Shown here: in pieces, positions 11,714 through 25,261 of the stretch | Position numbering within the stretch: position 1 is the stretch's first letter | How the letters are laid out: each line of letters begins with the position of its first letter | NCBI GenBank assembly: GCA_964016885.1 | Contig: OZ024743.1 | Coordinates: 52,266,001 to 52,330,000, forward strand | From: Eledone cirrhosa | Taxonomy: Eukaryota | Direction: 5' to 3' | DNA length: 64,000 nucleotides | Notes under the pieces: model-generated | Databases searched by the model: none | What the model saw: only the letters and a program-made list of their open reading frames with translations | What the model was told of the DNA's origin: nothing | Made by a program: the position numbers and the translations under genes

Positions 11714-14700
11714 ATCCCTTTTTATTTGAGGCCATTTTATTAGAAGTTGCTAGCTTCAAGTGTTCTGTCTTATCTCAGAGATAGTTCATCCCATCCAATC
11801 TAATTAGCAATTACTGCAAGCTTCAGGTATTCTACCTTATCACATGGGTTTCCAACAGCAATTCAGCATCCTAAAAACTAAGCAAAATATAAGAATAATT
11901 CTTGCAACATATGTAGCCCAGTTCTGTATTTCAAATCATTTCTAGACAGTATTAATACTTTTCTTACTATATTTTTAATGAAGAACTGTTTATGATTTTT
12001 TTAAATAATTTTGAAAATGATCAAGAATTTGGAGAGTTTCAGTAATATAACTAAATTTCTCATTATTTTCTGGTGTTTGGAACATAGCCTAACAAATGTT
12101 CTTACATAAAATTATGGAAGGTTTTTAAATAAATATAAATACTTTAAAATAAACATCCTCTTATAGTAAAACCATGGGGTGGTTTCAGGCAGTTTATTAT
12201 CAAAAGAGTTCACCTTTTCATTTTTCTTGTTTATAATTACAAAAACAACAAAAAACAAAATGCAAATTCAAGAATGATCTAATCCTTTTGATACCAAATC
12301 TCCTGAAACTGTAAAGAGGCCCATCGTGTATTTGTGTTAAATTTATATCTGTACATATACAGTATAGACAATAATAAGTGAGACAGCGTAAATGTGTATA
12401 TAAATATACACATTAAGTATATAGACTTTGAAAAAAATATGAATATACTTTATCGATTTCTGGTTCTAATTGGTGTCTTATCGGGAAGTATGTACACCAA
12501 ACAATATCAGAGAAATACGTAAATGGGGATTTTATAAACCCCCACCAAATATAGTACTGCTGAAAGGGACATGGTAATTTACATATATTTAGTGCCAATG
12601 TTGGTACTTAAATAAATGGGTGAGAGAGAGAGAAAGTTTTAAGTGGAAATAAGTGTTTGGTCATTTGGTTTTGGTAAAGCCAGTGGTGAAGTGGTCACAC
12701 AGAATGGAGAATAAGGGAATTTATACAGGACATGATTAATAAATGATGTAGCAGACACAACATTGGTATTGACGATGGTGGTAGTAGTGGTGACAGTGAT
12801 GATAGTGGTAATGATGCTGTTGATAGTGTTGATATAAGGTGACTAATACGAAATGGTGCAATGACATAAACACAAGTGTCTACTATGAGTCTGCGTCAAA
12901 ATACTGTGTATATGTGTGTCTGGGTATATATGTATATTTATTTGTGTTCTCTCCACAAACTTTCTAACACAATACCTAAGTTAGAAATCCTTAATATTAT
13001 TATTATTATTATTTGTATCCTAAACCATCAGTTTTGGAAAAGTTTTCAAGAGATATGAGCCTTAAAATTTAGCTATATATGTCTAGTGTGCATGTACCCA
13101 AGTACCGATCAAAAGTGGAATATAGGACATCAGAGCAGGTTATAGATCCAGACCAGATATAAAGTGTAGCCCCACCCTCCAAAAAATAGTAATAAGCCCA
13201 AGCAAGATGTGAAATGTAGGCCCTGAAAGCTGGGTAAGGGCCTCAACTAAATGTGGAATATAGGCACCTTAAGCTGGTAATAGAGCCAGGTCAGGTATGA
13301 AATATTCCAAACCTCAATCTTGTGCCGTCATCTCATCTGCAGGGTCAATTAATTTGAGATATGGTCTTGCCGCTGTGTCTCGTGTTCTGTAGAGAAAGGC
13401 TTTAGGATATCCAGGCAAAAGAATTGTTGAAGACGGACTTGAGTGAAAGATGATCCAATAACCTAGTATTAAAAGAAGTGGAGGTGTTGCTATGCCGTAC
13501 TGCACCCAATAAACCACAGTGTTTTGTGTGTGTACAGAGAGAGAGAGAGAGTTGTATTTATACAAACAATCATACTCCACAGTCTAATTGTGTGCATGTG
13601 TGTGTCACCAGAGGCTAAACTTCGAAGTCACTGTCAACTTTTTCCTTACAAAATATAATCTATACTCTACTTATATATGTATTGAGTGCTCTCTCAGTTA
13701 ATATTTGACTGTTTCTCTCTGACTATACATAAAACACATCAATTGTGTGTGGGGGAGTTGTTAAATAAGTGGTGACGCTAATTCGAAGACAAGGTAACTA
13801 TGAGAAGTCTGTGTTGGGGGTATTAATCTTTTTGTTACCATACTTCTAATCAAAAACACTGCCCACGGTTTTTAAAATCATTTTTGAAGCATTTCTAATC
13901 ATTTAGTAATATAATCAACTTTCTCATTAAGTTGGAGTTTGGAACATAACTTACAAAAGATCCTTACGTAACATTGCGGGGATCTTTTAGATAAATTTAA
14001 GCACCTTAAAACAGCTTTGTATAATAAAGTCAGGAGTGGTTTCAGGTGGTTTGGTATCGAAAGAACATTATTAATTTTTAACAAAGGCCTAAATGTCAGA
14101 GCCACAGATTTCGAAACCGAATAGCAAGGGCGAAAGAAACTTGCATGGTGTCCCATGGCTAAAAATTTCATCGGAACCCTAACATCAAACTGATTTAAAT
14201 TTACTAGTAAAAAGAGGGCTATGCAATTCGTATCGAATACGGTAACTGTGTGGGAATTAAAGTATACTAATAATAATTATTAAAATATTTGAGGGTCTTT
14301 AAATATTGTGGTCTCTTGGAGTTGGTTGAGTTGTAGGGATTCCGTAATAACATACAGCATGTATTGGACATTTTAAACCTGGCGGATATCATCCCATCTT
14401 TTGGTCTGAACACACTCAATAGAAGAAGAAGAAGTGTGTGTAGAGGGGGGGGGGGGAGATATAGGTACGGAAGGATTGACCCCCAATACTAGACTGGTAC
14501 TTTTTTTTACCGACCTCGAAAAGATGAACCTTAGCAGCTACAATTTTATTTTATCGATCCCCAGCACTTTAAAAACCATTAATAAAGTGAATTGACCATC
14601 GAGGACAGGAAGGGAGTAGTTGTTAGATGGGGGCAACACCAGTCATTCTCTCTTGTAGAGTACAATAGAGACAAGTGTGAAGTATGTCTGACTCGGTATT

Positions 14701-14799
14701 ATTATTGTTCCCATAACAAACGAAAACACCCATTTTGTAAACAAAATATAACTTCACCTTTAAAGAATTTTGTTTACTGTTCGACACACACAAACCGGT

Positions 14800-15140
14800 C
14801 ATATGTACACACGATAACTGTTATATACACATACATACATGTACACACGATAACTGTTATATACACATACATACATGTACACACGATAACTGATATATAC
14901 ACATACATACATGTACACACGATAACTGATATATACACATACATACATGTACACACGATAGCTGATATATACACATATATACATGATAGCTGATATATAC
15001 ACATATATACAAGTACACACGATAGCTGATATATACACATACATACATGATAGCTGATAGATACACATATACAGGACACATACATACATGTACACACGAT
15101 AGCTGATATATACACACATATATACAGGACACACATACAC
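14800..15140. repeat. ~36-bp minisatellite (catgtacacacgataactgatatatacacatacata)
   Basis: Direct reading. Confidence 0.9.
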
Positions 15141-15195
15141 TTACATACACACACTTACATACACATACATACACATACGTATAAAGTAAATGCAT

Positions 15196-15522
15196 CTCCG
15201 TCGGTTTCCACTCAATATTGCAGTTGTTCGATCAACAGAAAAGCCTACTCCTTGAATTACAGTGTAAAGTGGCTGAGTATTCCACAGACAGACGTGTACC
15301 TTTAACGTAATCCTCAGAATCGCCATGACAAAAATGGACCTTTAAATTACAAGTACAGTCCATCTTACGGACTTCTAGACAGTTCCTGTCTACCCATTTT
15401 AAATGACAAGGCTTGAGTCGACTCGGAGCTATAGTAAAATACATTAGCCCAAGACACCGCCAAGTGGGAGCGAACTCGGGAACCAGTTATTGCAAAGCCA
15501 GCATCTAAACCACTCGGCCATG
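15196..15522. mobile_element. Dispersed repeat (family with gtggctgagtattccacagacacgtgtacccttaacgtaattctcag core) joined to a minus-strand tRNA-like SINE head
   Basis: Core also at ~31640-31920 and ~48300-48640. Confidence 0.55.
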
Positions 15523-15690
15523 TTTTACTTTACACATGCAGAAACATGACAGATATACACACAATTACTGGTATATACACAATATACATACATACAAGAC
15601 AAACGTCAATATAATAGCTGTTATATACACGTATATACATAACAGGTGAATACATAATAGCTTGTATATCTACATACCACACACATAACT

Positions 15691-15733
<43 letters not shown>

Positions 15734-15785
15734 TGCTCCCTCGTTATCGAGTATGGCCATTGCACGAGAAAAAACAACAACACCA

Positions 15786-15872
<87 letters not shown>

Positions 15873-15966
15873 ATAGCAATTAACAGCGCTGCGATCGAAT
15901 GTGCCTATATATATATAGGCACCAACTAGTGGATATATATATGGACATATACTAGCGGCTATAAAT

Positions 15967-16173
15967 ATAGACACATAATTGTTTCTACTTTTGGCACAAG
16001 GCCAGCAATTACCCAGTGCATTACTGGTACTTTATTTTATCGACCCCGTAAGGATGAAAGGCAAAGTCAACCTCGGCGGGATTTGAACTCAGATCGTAAA
16101 GGGACGTAACTATGCTGGAAAGCATGGCGTCCGACCCTCTACCGATACTGCCAATCCACCATAGACACATAAT
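15967..16173 (-). mobile_element. SINE family A with 13-bp target-site duplication
   Basis: atagacacataat at 15967-15979 and 16161-16173 brackets the SINE. Confidence 0.9.
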
Positions 16174-17646
16174 AGCTGGTTAACACCATAGCGGTGTTGG
16201 TTAGTTAACGACAGACTAGTGACCATAGGGAATATGTCATGCTTTTCTCAACTTCAATAATATTAAGAACATACACATTATATTATATACATTATATTAT
16301 TTATATATACACTGACACGCAGCGTTGAAGATACTTACCTCTTCGTTGCAGGGCTTGAATTATTAAATCTTTGTCGCAGTATAAATCTTGATAATCCATC
16401 GTTAAATCCATACAAGTTAATCCGATTGAGAGGAGAGACGGCCTGTTATGTATATAGAGTATATATATAGCTATACACACATATATATACACACGGGTAT
16501 GTGGTTGTTTGTGTGAGCATGAAAAGATATGTGAGTTTGTGTGTTAGCCTATGCGTACACATGCATACCTTCCTACATATATAATATATTTGTGTGTTTC
16601 TGTATATCTGTATCCAAGGTTGTCTTTCCCCCGCCCAAGTCGTCACCAATTCAGGTTTTGTCTAATAAACAATCTAGTCTCATCCGCCTAGAATACATAA
16701 AACAAACTCCACATCAATTACAATACATAATAGTTCGATATTAGCGATATTAGAGCAGTACTATAAAGACAGCATTACCAACAGTATAGCCATACTAACG
16801 GTGTTTAGATATAGCTATGGCCTGGTTTAGATGGCTTGGAGAAACAGCAACTTTCGAAAGTGGATTTACTTGGACAACTTTCTTTCTTAACAACCAAAAT
16901 CACGGCCTTATTATTGCTTTACAGTGAACTTCATATCTTAAAACAGGTCCTTTTAAGTTAAATATTTTATGTAAACTAAATTATACAATAGGTTTTCTGT
17001 TTAAACAAACAAGAAGCAGGGATTCCCTGCACGCACACACACAAAGAACAAGCCATTCATATGCCACCTCCTCTTCTTCACTTACACATATAAACATAAA
17101 CACAGTCTCTCACTATTTCTCACTATCTTTTAATCTTTCTCTGTCTGTTTCTATTTTTTATCTCTATCTATATTTGGTTCACATACTCTCTCTTCTCTCT
17201 CTCTGTCCGTTTATAATCTTCTCAGTCTCTCTCTCTTTCTGTCTATTTAGATTTTTCTCACCCTTTCAGTATATCTGTCTTTCTTTCCTTCACTCTCTCT
17301 GTCTCTATTTCTTTCTCTCTCCTACTCACTTTCTTTTTCTCACTCTTTTAGTCCTCCATCGTCCATTTATATTCTTCCACTTTCAATCTCTCCTTCTCAC
17401 CCTCTCTCTGTCTTCTTCTGTTTTTGATTGACCCGTTCTCTCACTTCGTCCCTTTCTTTCACAATTATTTTCTCTATTTCTCCGTATTTATTTCTATCTC
17501 TCTATATACAGATATATATATATATATGTCTGTCATTTTCTCAAGTTTGTCTAAAAGATTTTTCCAGTTCCTCTTTCGTCGTCAAGTGAACGAAACTTTT
17601 GTTAGGTCAACAAACATCCCACATACATACACTCACACTTACACTC

Positions 17647-17705
<59 letters not shown>

Positions 17706-18202
17706 TACATACATACAGATATAACTTTTTCACACACATACATTAAAGCTGAGGATGTGTGTGTTAAGGTTTGTAACGTGTGCACGTCCACAATTTCCAA
17801 CGGATTCTATTCAAAGTCGGAGCAATTATTGCTTTTGGTCAGAAGAAGGTCATGAAGCAAAAGAATTTCAAATCCATCAACAATAAGGGCAAAAATCGAT
17901 CATGATCATTCCCTCTCTCTATAATTTAACTGCTTTACTCTCTTTGTCGCTCTTCACTCCCTATATGACAACACTGCAGAGAGAGAAACAGTGTGTATGA
18001 TCAAATGGAGCGTTCCGTATATTCCCTCTCTCTATAATTTAACTGCTTTACTCTCTCTGTCGCTCTTCACTCCCTATATGACAACACTGCAGTGGAGCGT
18101 CCCGTATTGACATACGGCTTATCTGGGGCATTTTCAATCGGTTTATTGCAAATAACAACCCGCAAAATAACACTTCATATAACATATTAATGCTATAGAC
18201 AT

Positions 18203-18522
18203 ATGAATCGGAATGTAACCCGTGAACTTTTTCCTGGGCAAAATTATTCGAACAGACATGACCTCATTGCCAAAGTGTTCAGACTGAAACTGGCTAAACT
18301 CATGGCTTTAATCAAAAAGGGTCAGGTATTTGGGGCTGTAAAGTGTGACATGTTCACCGTCGAATGGCAAAAACGAGGGCTGCCACATGCTCACATTTTG
18401 ATTTGGTTAGCTGATAAAATCAATTCAAATACCATAGACAGCTTCATTTTGGCTGAAATCCCTAACCCAGCAACTGACCAGGAATTACATGACATCGTCA
18501 AAGCTAACATGGTCCGTGTGCG
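18203..18522 (+). pseudogene. Helitron Rep (HUH endonuclease) fragment
   Basis: ELFPGQ...RHDLIAKVFRLKL...VEWQKRGLPHAHILIWL...IDSFILAEIP...IVKANMV, followed by HGPC in a shifted frame. Confidence 0.92.
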
Positions 18523-20712
18523 GACCCCCCCCCCCCCATCAAAAACGGACTCCAAATAAAAACAGACCCCCCCCCCCAAATAAAAAACGGACCCCCCAAT
18601 AAAAAACGCCCACCCCCATAATAAATGGACCCCCCCCCCCAAATAAAAAACTGTCTCCAAATAAAAATAAGACCCCCCCAATAGAAAACGGACCCCCCCC
18701 CCAAATAAAAAACGAACCCCCCCCAATAAAAAACGCCCACCCCCATAATAAACGGACACCCACCCCTCCCCCGAAATAAAAAACGGTCTCCAAATAAAAA
18801 GCCGACCCGTCCCCCAAATAAAAAACGGACTCCAAATAAAAAACGGCCACCCCCCTAAAACACGGACCCCCATCCCTCCCCAAATAAAAAACAAACCCCC
18901 CAATAGAAAACGGACCCCCCCCCCCAAATAAAAAACGGACACCAAATGAAAAACGGACCCCAATAAAAACAACCCTCCCCCCAAATAAAAAACGGACCCC
19001 CAATAAAAAAACGCCCCCCCCCCTCATAAAAATGCATCCCCATCCCTCCCCCAAATAAAAAGCGGTCTCCAAATAAAAAACCGACGCCCCACATAAAAAA
19101 CTGAACCCAACCCCTCCCCCAAATAAAAAATGGTCTCCAAATAAAAAACGTATCCCCCCAATAAAAAAACGGACCCCCCCATAAAAAGGATCCCCACCCC
19201 TCCCCCAAATAAAAAACGGACCCACTCCAATAAAAAACGCCCCCCCCCCATAAAAAAATGGACGCCCCAAATAACCCCCCACCCCCACCCCGCCAAATAA
19301 AAAACAGACTCCCCAATAAAAAACGGACCCCCCAAATAAAATGGATCCCCCAAATAAAAAACGGATCACCCCCAAATAAAAAACAGACCCCTCCAATAAA
19401 AAAACAGACCCCTCCTCACCAAAAAGGACCCCCCCCAATAAAAAACGGATCCCCCCCCCAAATAAAAAACCGTCTCCTAATACAAACGCCTCCCAATAAA
19501 AGACGGACTCCAAATAAAAACGTACCCACCAAATAAAAAACGGATCACCCCCAAATAAAAAATAGACCCCCCCCCCCAAAAAAAAAACGGACCCCCCCCA
19601 ATAAAAAAACGATCCCCCCAATAAGAAACAGACCCCCCAAATAAAACACGGACTCTTCCCCCAATAACCCCCAAAAGAAACGGACCCCCCACCCCTCCCC
19701 CCAAATAAAAAACGGTCTCCAAATAAAAGACGGACCCCCAATAAAAAACGCCCCCCCCCATAAAAGACGGACCCTCACCCCTCCCCCGAAATAAAAAAAG
19801 GACTCCAAATAAAGAACGGTCTCCAAATAAAAAACAGAGCCCCCCCAATAAAAAATGGACCCCCCCAATAAAAAACGGAGCCCCCCAATAAAAAATGGAT
19901 TCCAAATAAAAACTCCCCCCAATGAAAAACAGAACCCCCAATAAAAAACGGACCCCCCAAATAAAAACGGATCCCCCTCCCACCTCCAAATAAAAAACGG
20001 ACCCTTCCCCCATAAGAAACGGACCCCCACCCCTCCCCCCAAATAAAAAACGGTCTCCAAATAAAAAACGAACCCTCGCCCTTCCCCCGAAATAAAAAAG
20101 GGACTCCAAATAAAAAACGCCCCCCCCCCCCCTAAAACACGGACCCCACCCCTCCCCCCAAATAAAAAACGGTCTTCAAATAAAAAACAGACCCCCCCAA
20201 TAGAAAATGGACCCCCAAATAAAAAACGGAACCGCCCCCCCATAAAAACCGCATCCCCCAACCCTCCCCCCAAATAAAAAACGGTCTCCAAATAAAAAAC
20301 CGACACCCCCCATAAAAAACTGAACCCAACCCCTCCCCCCAAATAAAAAATGGTCTCCAAATAAAAAACAGACCCCCCCCCAATAAAAAACGGACCCCGA
20401 AATGAAAAACGTACCCCCTCCCGATACCCCCCCCCCATAAAAAAGGACCCCCACCCCTCCCCCAAATAAAAAACGGACTACAAATAAAAAACGGCCACCA
20501 CTCCCCTATAAAAAACGGACCCCCCTCAAAATAAAAAATGCCCCCCCCCCCCCATAAAAAACAGATACCCCCAAACAACCCCCCCCCCCCAAAAAAAAAA
20601 AATAAAAGACGGATCCTCCCAAATAAAAAACGGAGCCCTCATAAAAAAACGAACCCCCCATAAAAAACGAATTCCAAATAAAAAAAATCCACCCCCCAAT
20701 AAAAATTGAACT
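18520..20712. repeat. Scrambled C/A-rich modular array (aaataaaaaacggacccccc, aaaaacggtctcc, caccctcccc modules)
   Basis: Direct reading; strong strand asymmetry (G runs on the minus strand). Confidence 0.92.
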
Positions 20713-21922
20713 CCCATGGCGGACAGATCTGACACCCAGCAGCATCAGGGCCACGATCTTGCAACTTTGGTCTACTAAATTCGCTATTGGAAAATTATTG
20801 ATTGATCATTGATTGTACAAAATGCTAATTGGTTCATAACTTTTAATAATCGGTTCAACTTCTTTATGCACTTAATTGATAAGTTTATTCACTTTCAAGC
20901 CACGTTTACCTGTATGTAACTTTTCATAGCAAATGAACAAACCCGAGCAACACCGGGCTAAACTGCTAGTATATATATATATGTTGCGACAAATGAAAAT
21001 TTTTATTGTAAAGAATGCAAGTGCCTTTTGTGGTTATGAAATCGGAAAAGCAAGGGCTCTTGTGTCACAGAAGAACGGGAGGGGAGGGGTGGCCCTAGGG
21101 CGCGGTGTTATTGGTGCTGCGCCCCGTGGACAAGACTGCAGAAGCATTGTTGCGGACAATGACTTCATTTAACTTAGTTTTCTCTGATAGCAAGGGTTTC
21201 ATAGATCACCATAGACCAACTCAAGCAGATCAACAGACTTCTCAGACAGGCCGGTGTGTGGGTGGGAGCTACATCTTACATCTGTTCTTGCATTCTACCA
21301 AGTGCTGAGGTGGGCCAGGAGCCCACATCTTGCTCACTCTACTGAGTGTATTTTATCGCGGCACCGAAACTAGGGGAATTAACAAACCTTTGATACAGCT
21401 AAAGGGTTTCTACAGCTGGATGATCTTCCTATCAGAAACCACTTTAGAGAATGTTCTAGGTGTTCTTATTGTGTAGACCACCAAGTCTAGAAAGGTTGTC
21501 ATGCCCTTGACACAACTAGAGAATTCTCCCAGCCCTTGTATTTGTCTTCCTTGTCATCAACAACCTAACATGGTGTACTGGGTGCATTTTTCATAGCACT
21601 AGCATGAGAGAAGTTGTCATGTAGTGACTGAAGGGTCCTCTCTTTTGACATGGTTTATATAGCAGTAAGCCCTTCCTAACTATTTTACAGAGTGCACTGG
21701 GTATACATGAAACCATCACTTTGGAGGTTATTGGTCACAAATTCAACTGAAGGGCCCTATCTATGCTATAGACATACAAGAGAAGGATGGATGAGGTAAG
21801 AAGGATGATAGGCATATTATGAGTACGAGATGAGAGGTGGGGGTGACAGGTTCCTGTTGTGGGGGAGAGAGGGGTGAAGAAATATGTTATGAGTATAATA
21901 CTGGTACCCTTGAAATATGTAT

Positions 21923-22463
21923 ATCATCATCGTTTAACGTCTATCTTCCACGCTAGCATGGGTTTAGACGGGAATTGTCCCACGTGAGGCAAGATTGGTT
22001 GTTTCGCTCGTATAGGACTGTCTGGCAGGTTTTCTACGGCTGGATGCCCTTCCTAACACCAACCACATTTACAGTGTGGACTGGGAACTTTTTACTGTGT
22101 TACCTACACGACCACATTACAGTGTGGACTGTGTGTTTTTTTGTCGTGACACCTACATGACCTCATTTATTTGGACTGGATGTTGTAGCACCAACATAAC
22201 TTTATAGAGAAAGGGGTGATGTGGGTGTATTTTTGGTTAGGAGGTGCCTACTGACTGTAGGTTTTGCTTTGTTTTCTGTATTACTGCATAGCGCCAAAGA
22301 TCTTGGTCCAGTGACATTGTCTTGGAGAGGTGTAAGTGTGTAAGGTCGGAATTTATCAAATCGTCCCAGGTTTTTCTGGGTCTGCCTACTCCGTAGCTTC
22401 CGTCTATTTTGATCGCCCTGCACTTTTTTATGCAGCTGTCGTCTTTCATGCGCATCACGTGAC
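21923..22463 (-). mobile_element. RTE family-2 3' fragment (left arm of an inverted pair)
   Basis: Minus ORF MRMKDDSCIKKCRAIKIDG..GRPRKTW; (CAT)n tail at the left end. Confidence 0.88.
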
Positions 22464-23000
22464 AGAAAAACCTGGGACGATCTGATAAATTCTGACCTTA
22501 CACACTTGCACTTCTCTAAGACAGTGTCACTGGACCGAGATCTTTGGCGCTACACAGTAATACAGAAGACCCGCCTTGCCTATGTACAAAGCGAAACCTA
22601 CAGTCAGTAGGCACCTCCTAACCAAATATACACCCAATCCACTACCCTACCCTATCCTCCCACTCCCACCAACACCACCCTCTCTCTGTAAAGTTGGTAC
22701 CACAACATATAATGAGATCGAGATCGTGTAGGTGTCACGACGAAAAAAAAAAAAAAAAAAAAACTCACAGTCCACGGTGTAATGTGGCCATGTAGGTAAC
22801 ACAGTAAAAAGTTCCCAGTTCCACACTGTAAATGGGGTTGATGTTAGGAAGGGAATCCAGCCGTAGAAAGCCTACCAGATAGTCCTATATGAGTGAGACA
22901 CGGTCACCCGACCAACCTTGCCTCAAGTGGCACAACTCCCATTTAACTCATGCTAGCGTGGAAGATGGACGTTAAACGATGATGATGATGATGATGATGA
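22464..23000 (+). mobile_element. RTE family-2 3' fragment (right arm of an inverted pair)
   Basis: Reverse complement of the left arm; (GAT)n tail at ~22978-22999. Confidence 0.88.
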
Positions 23001-23029
23001 ATCTTCTGAAGGCCACGGACCAGATGTGT

Positions 23030-23420
23030 AGCTGGTCAGAAGTTCCAGCAATACAGAGAGTGACATGGTACAGGAATGATAGGGTAGATACTGTCATAAA
23101 AGAAATGAGACATGCTTGGAAAAACTGGAAAATTGTGATGTGTTTGGGGAAGAATGTGCCTGAAAGGATAGTGAAGCTCTTGCTTTGACTGATGCCAAGA
23201 AGAAAGAAGCATGAAAGTCCTATTATGAGAGACTAGTGAATGAAGAGAATACATAGAAGAATGAGGACCTATCTCAAGTAGGTCTGACTGAAGGACCAGC
23301 CATAACAGCAGTATGATAGACAAAGCAATTAAAGATATGAAGATGGGAAGGCAACTGGACCATCAGGCATAGTTGCTAAGATGCTGAAAACATCCGGCAT
23401 TGTAGGTTACAAGTTAGTCA
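23030..23420 (+). mobile_element. Highly decayed internal RTE fragment
   Basis: Resembles 1-200 (attatgagagact..gaa, gaaggaccagc, attaaagatatgaagatggg, gttgctaagatgctg). Confidence 0.65.
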
Positions 23421-25195
23421 GATGTAGTTTGTAAAGTGAATGATGATAGGAAGGGCATCCAGCCATAGAAAACCTTCCAAACAAAGGGTTAGGAGGACTC
23501 TTCATCAGTATCAAAGACATGACGACCTCCCTAGTGCTGCTGCCATGATAAATGTACTCGGTAGAGCATGGGAACATTTAGTAGGCAAGATGAGGGCATC
23601 CAGCCGGCGGAAATGCAAATAAGCGAGATGGAGATCCGCAACCGATCTGAGAAATCAGTCACACTGTTCAAGTATTGACTCAGTCTCTAACAACCCAAAC
23701 CTTGATAGCAGGGAAAGCAGATGTTAAATGATGGTGGTGGTAGAGGTGGTGCTGATAATGGTGTGTGTGTGTGTGTGTGTGTAACAGCAAACATCTATTA
23801 ACACATATTAATGATCAATACGGTATTGTAAACTTAATGATTTCAAATATCACCCCCATAACACACAGAAATATAATACTCAGTGACCATGTGCATGTGT
23901 ATAACATGTATGTGTGTGTGTATATGTGTGTCTCCAGATGTTTGCATCTGTATGTTTGTGTGTGACTGTGTATATGTGTATGTGTGCATGTTTCCATCTG
24001 TTGTCTTTGATGTCAAGATAGATTTAACTCTCACCTTAGCCATACTGTAACTTTCAATTTATAATAAACTCTGACAACTTGTTTCTATCCTGCCTCAATA
24101 GATTTTCTACATTTGTTGGTTTACCCAGGCCAGTTTCCCCCTTTTCACACTTCTCTATCCATCATTACCATCTTCAGTTCCTGAACAGATTTCTGGTTCA
24201 GATTGTCAATGTATCATATTTCTCTGTCAATCATTACCATCTTTAGTTCCTGGATAGATTCCAGACCATTATCCTTCTTTAGGTCATCAATGTGACATGA
24301 TGTTTACAACACTTCTCACTCTATCATTGTCATCAATTTTATGGATTCCAGGCCAGTCTCCTGTTTCAGGTTATGTGACATGAAGTCCACTACACCTTTC
24401 CACTATGTGCCACAGGACCAGCTTTGATACTTCCACATCAGGATGCCATGCACAATGTCCTGATAGACAGAGTCATCATTCTCTGATCTCATTAACACAT
24501 TTAAAGTTTTGCACCAAAAGTGAAACCCTTTTTTGGCTAATAGGACCTTCAAGAAAAATTTTGTAAGGCAGAATGAAACTGCTTTTGAACTCACCTAGGT
24601 TCTCTAAAAATCCAAGGAAGCTGAGAAAGTTCTTTATAAAAAGGGGAGGGTGGCAGATGTTCTTAGGTCTCTTCTCAGTTTCCTGATCCCTGAAATACTG
24701 TACCCATTGAACCTCACATTTAAAGGTGCTTGTTACTTGTTACTGTTAGGTTTCAGGTGATGACAGATCTCCATCCAACAGAATAACAATTTCTAAAGCT
24801 TTTCCTTCTTCCTATAAACACCTCTCTAAACCAACACCATTAATTGTACAGTGATCTTTAATTCATTAAGTAATTTAATTATATGCTGAAGCTGTCGAAG
24901 GGAGGTAGTTGTAAAAGCCAACCTTTACCTGTGGAAATGACTCTTAGGTAATGACTGAAAGAATACGATGGCAAATACAAGCAGCCAAAATGGGATTCCT
25001 CCAAAGGTTCTTTGGAGTAATGTTACTCAGTAAAGTGCATAGCTCAGAGATCAGAGAGTCACTCTTGGTAGAGCCACTACTTCTCTAAATTGAGAGATCA
25101 TAGTTCTGATACTATGGGCTTGGGGTTAGAATGTCTCAGAAAAGATTCGCTTGACAGATTTTACAGGCAAAACCAACAGTATATATACCCCCCCC

Positions 25196-25261
<66 letters not shown>

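Larger units (their letters stand above)
17735..20969 (+). mobile_element. Internally deleted Helitron
   Basis: Rep fragment at 18203-18522; canonical 3' end with hairpin CCCG-AGCAACAC-CGGG then CTAG|T at 20966-20970; 5' boundary is approximate. Confidence 0.8.

Noticed and set aside
13314-13472. Minus-strand exon that would splice to the 16339 donor
   Set aside because: No recognisable product, and the + strand weakly resembles a decayed LINE 3' end of the 53985-54730 family
18391-20754. Gly/Phe/Tyr/Trp-rich minus-strand ORFs resembling structural proteins
   Set aside because: All frames are similarly open because of G/T homopolymer runs with variable lengths; no frame is preserved
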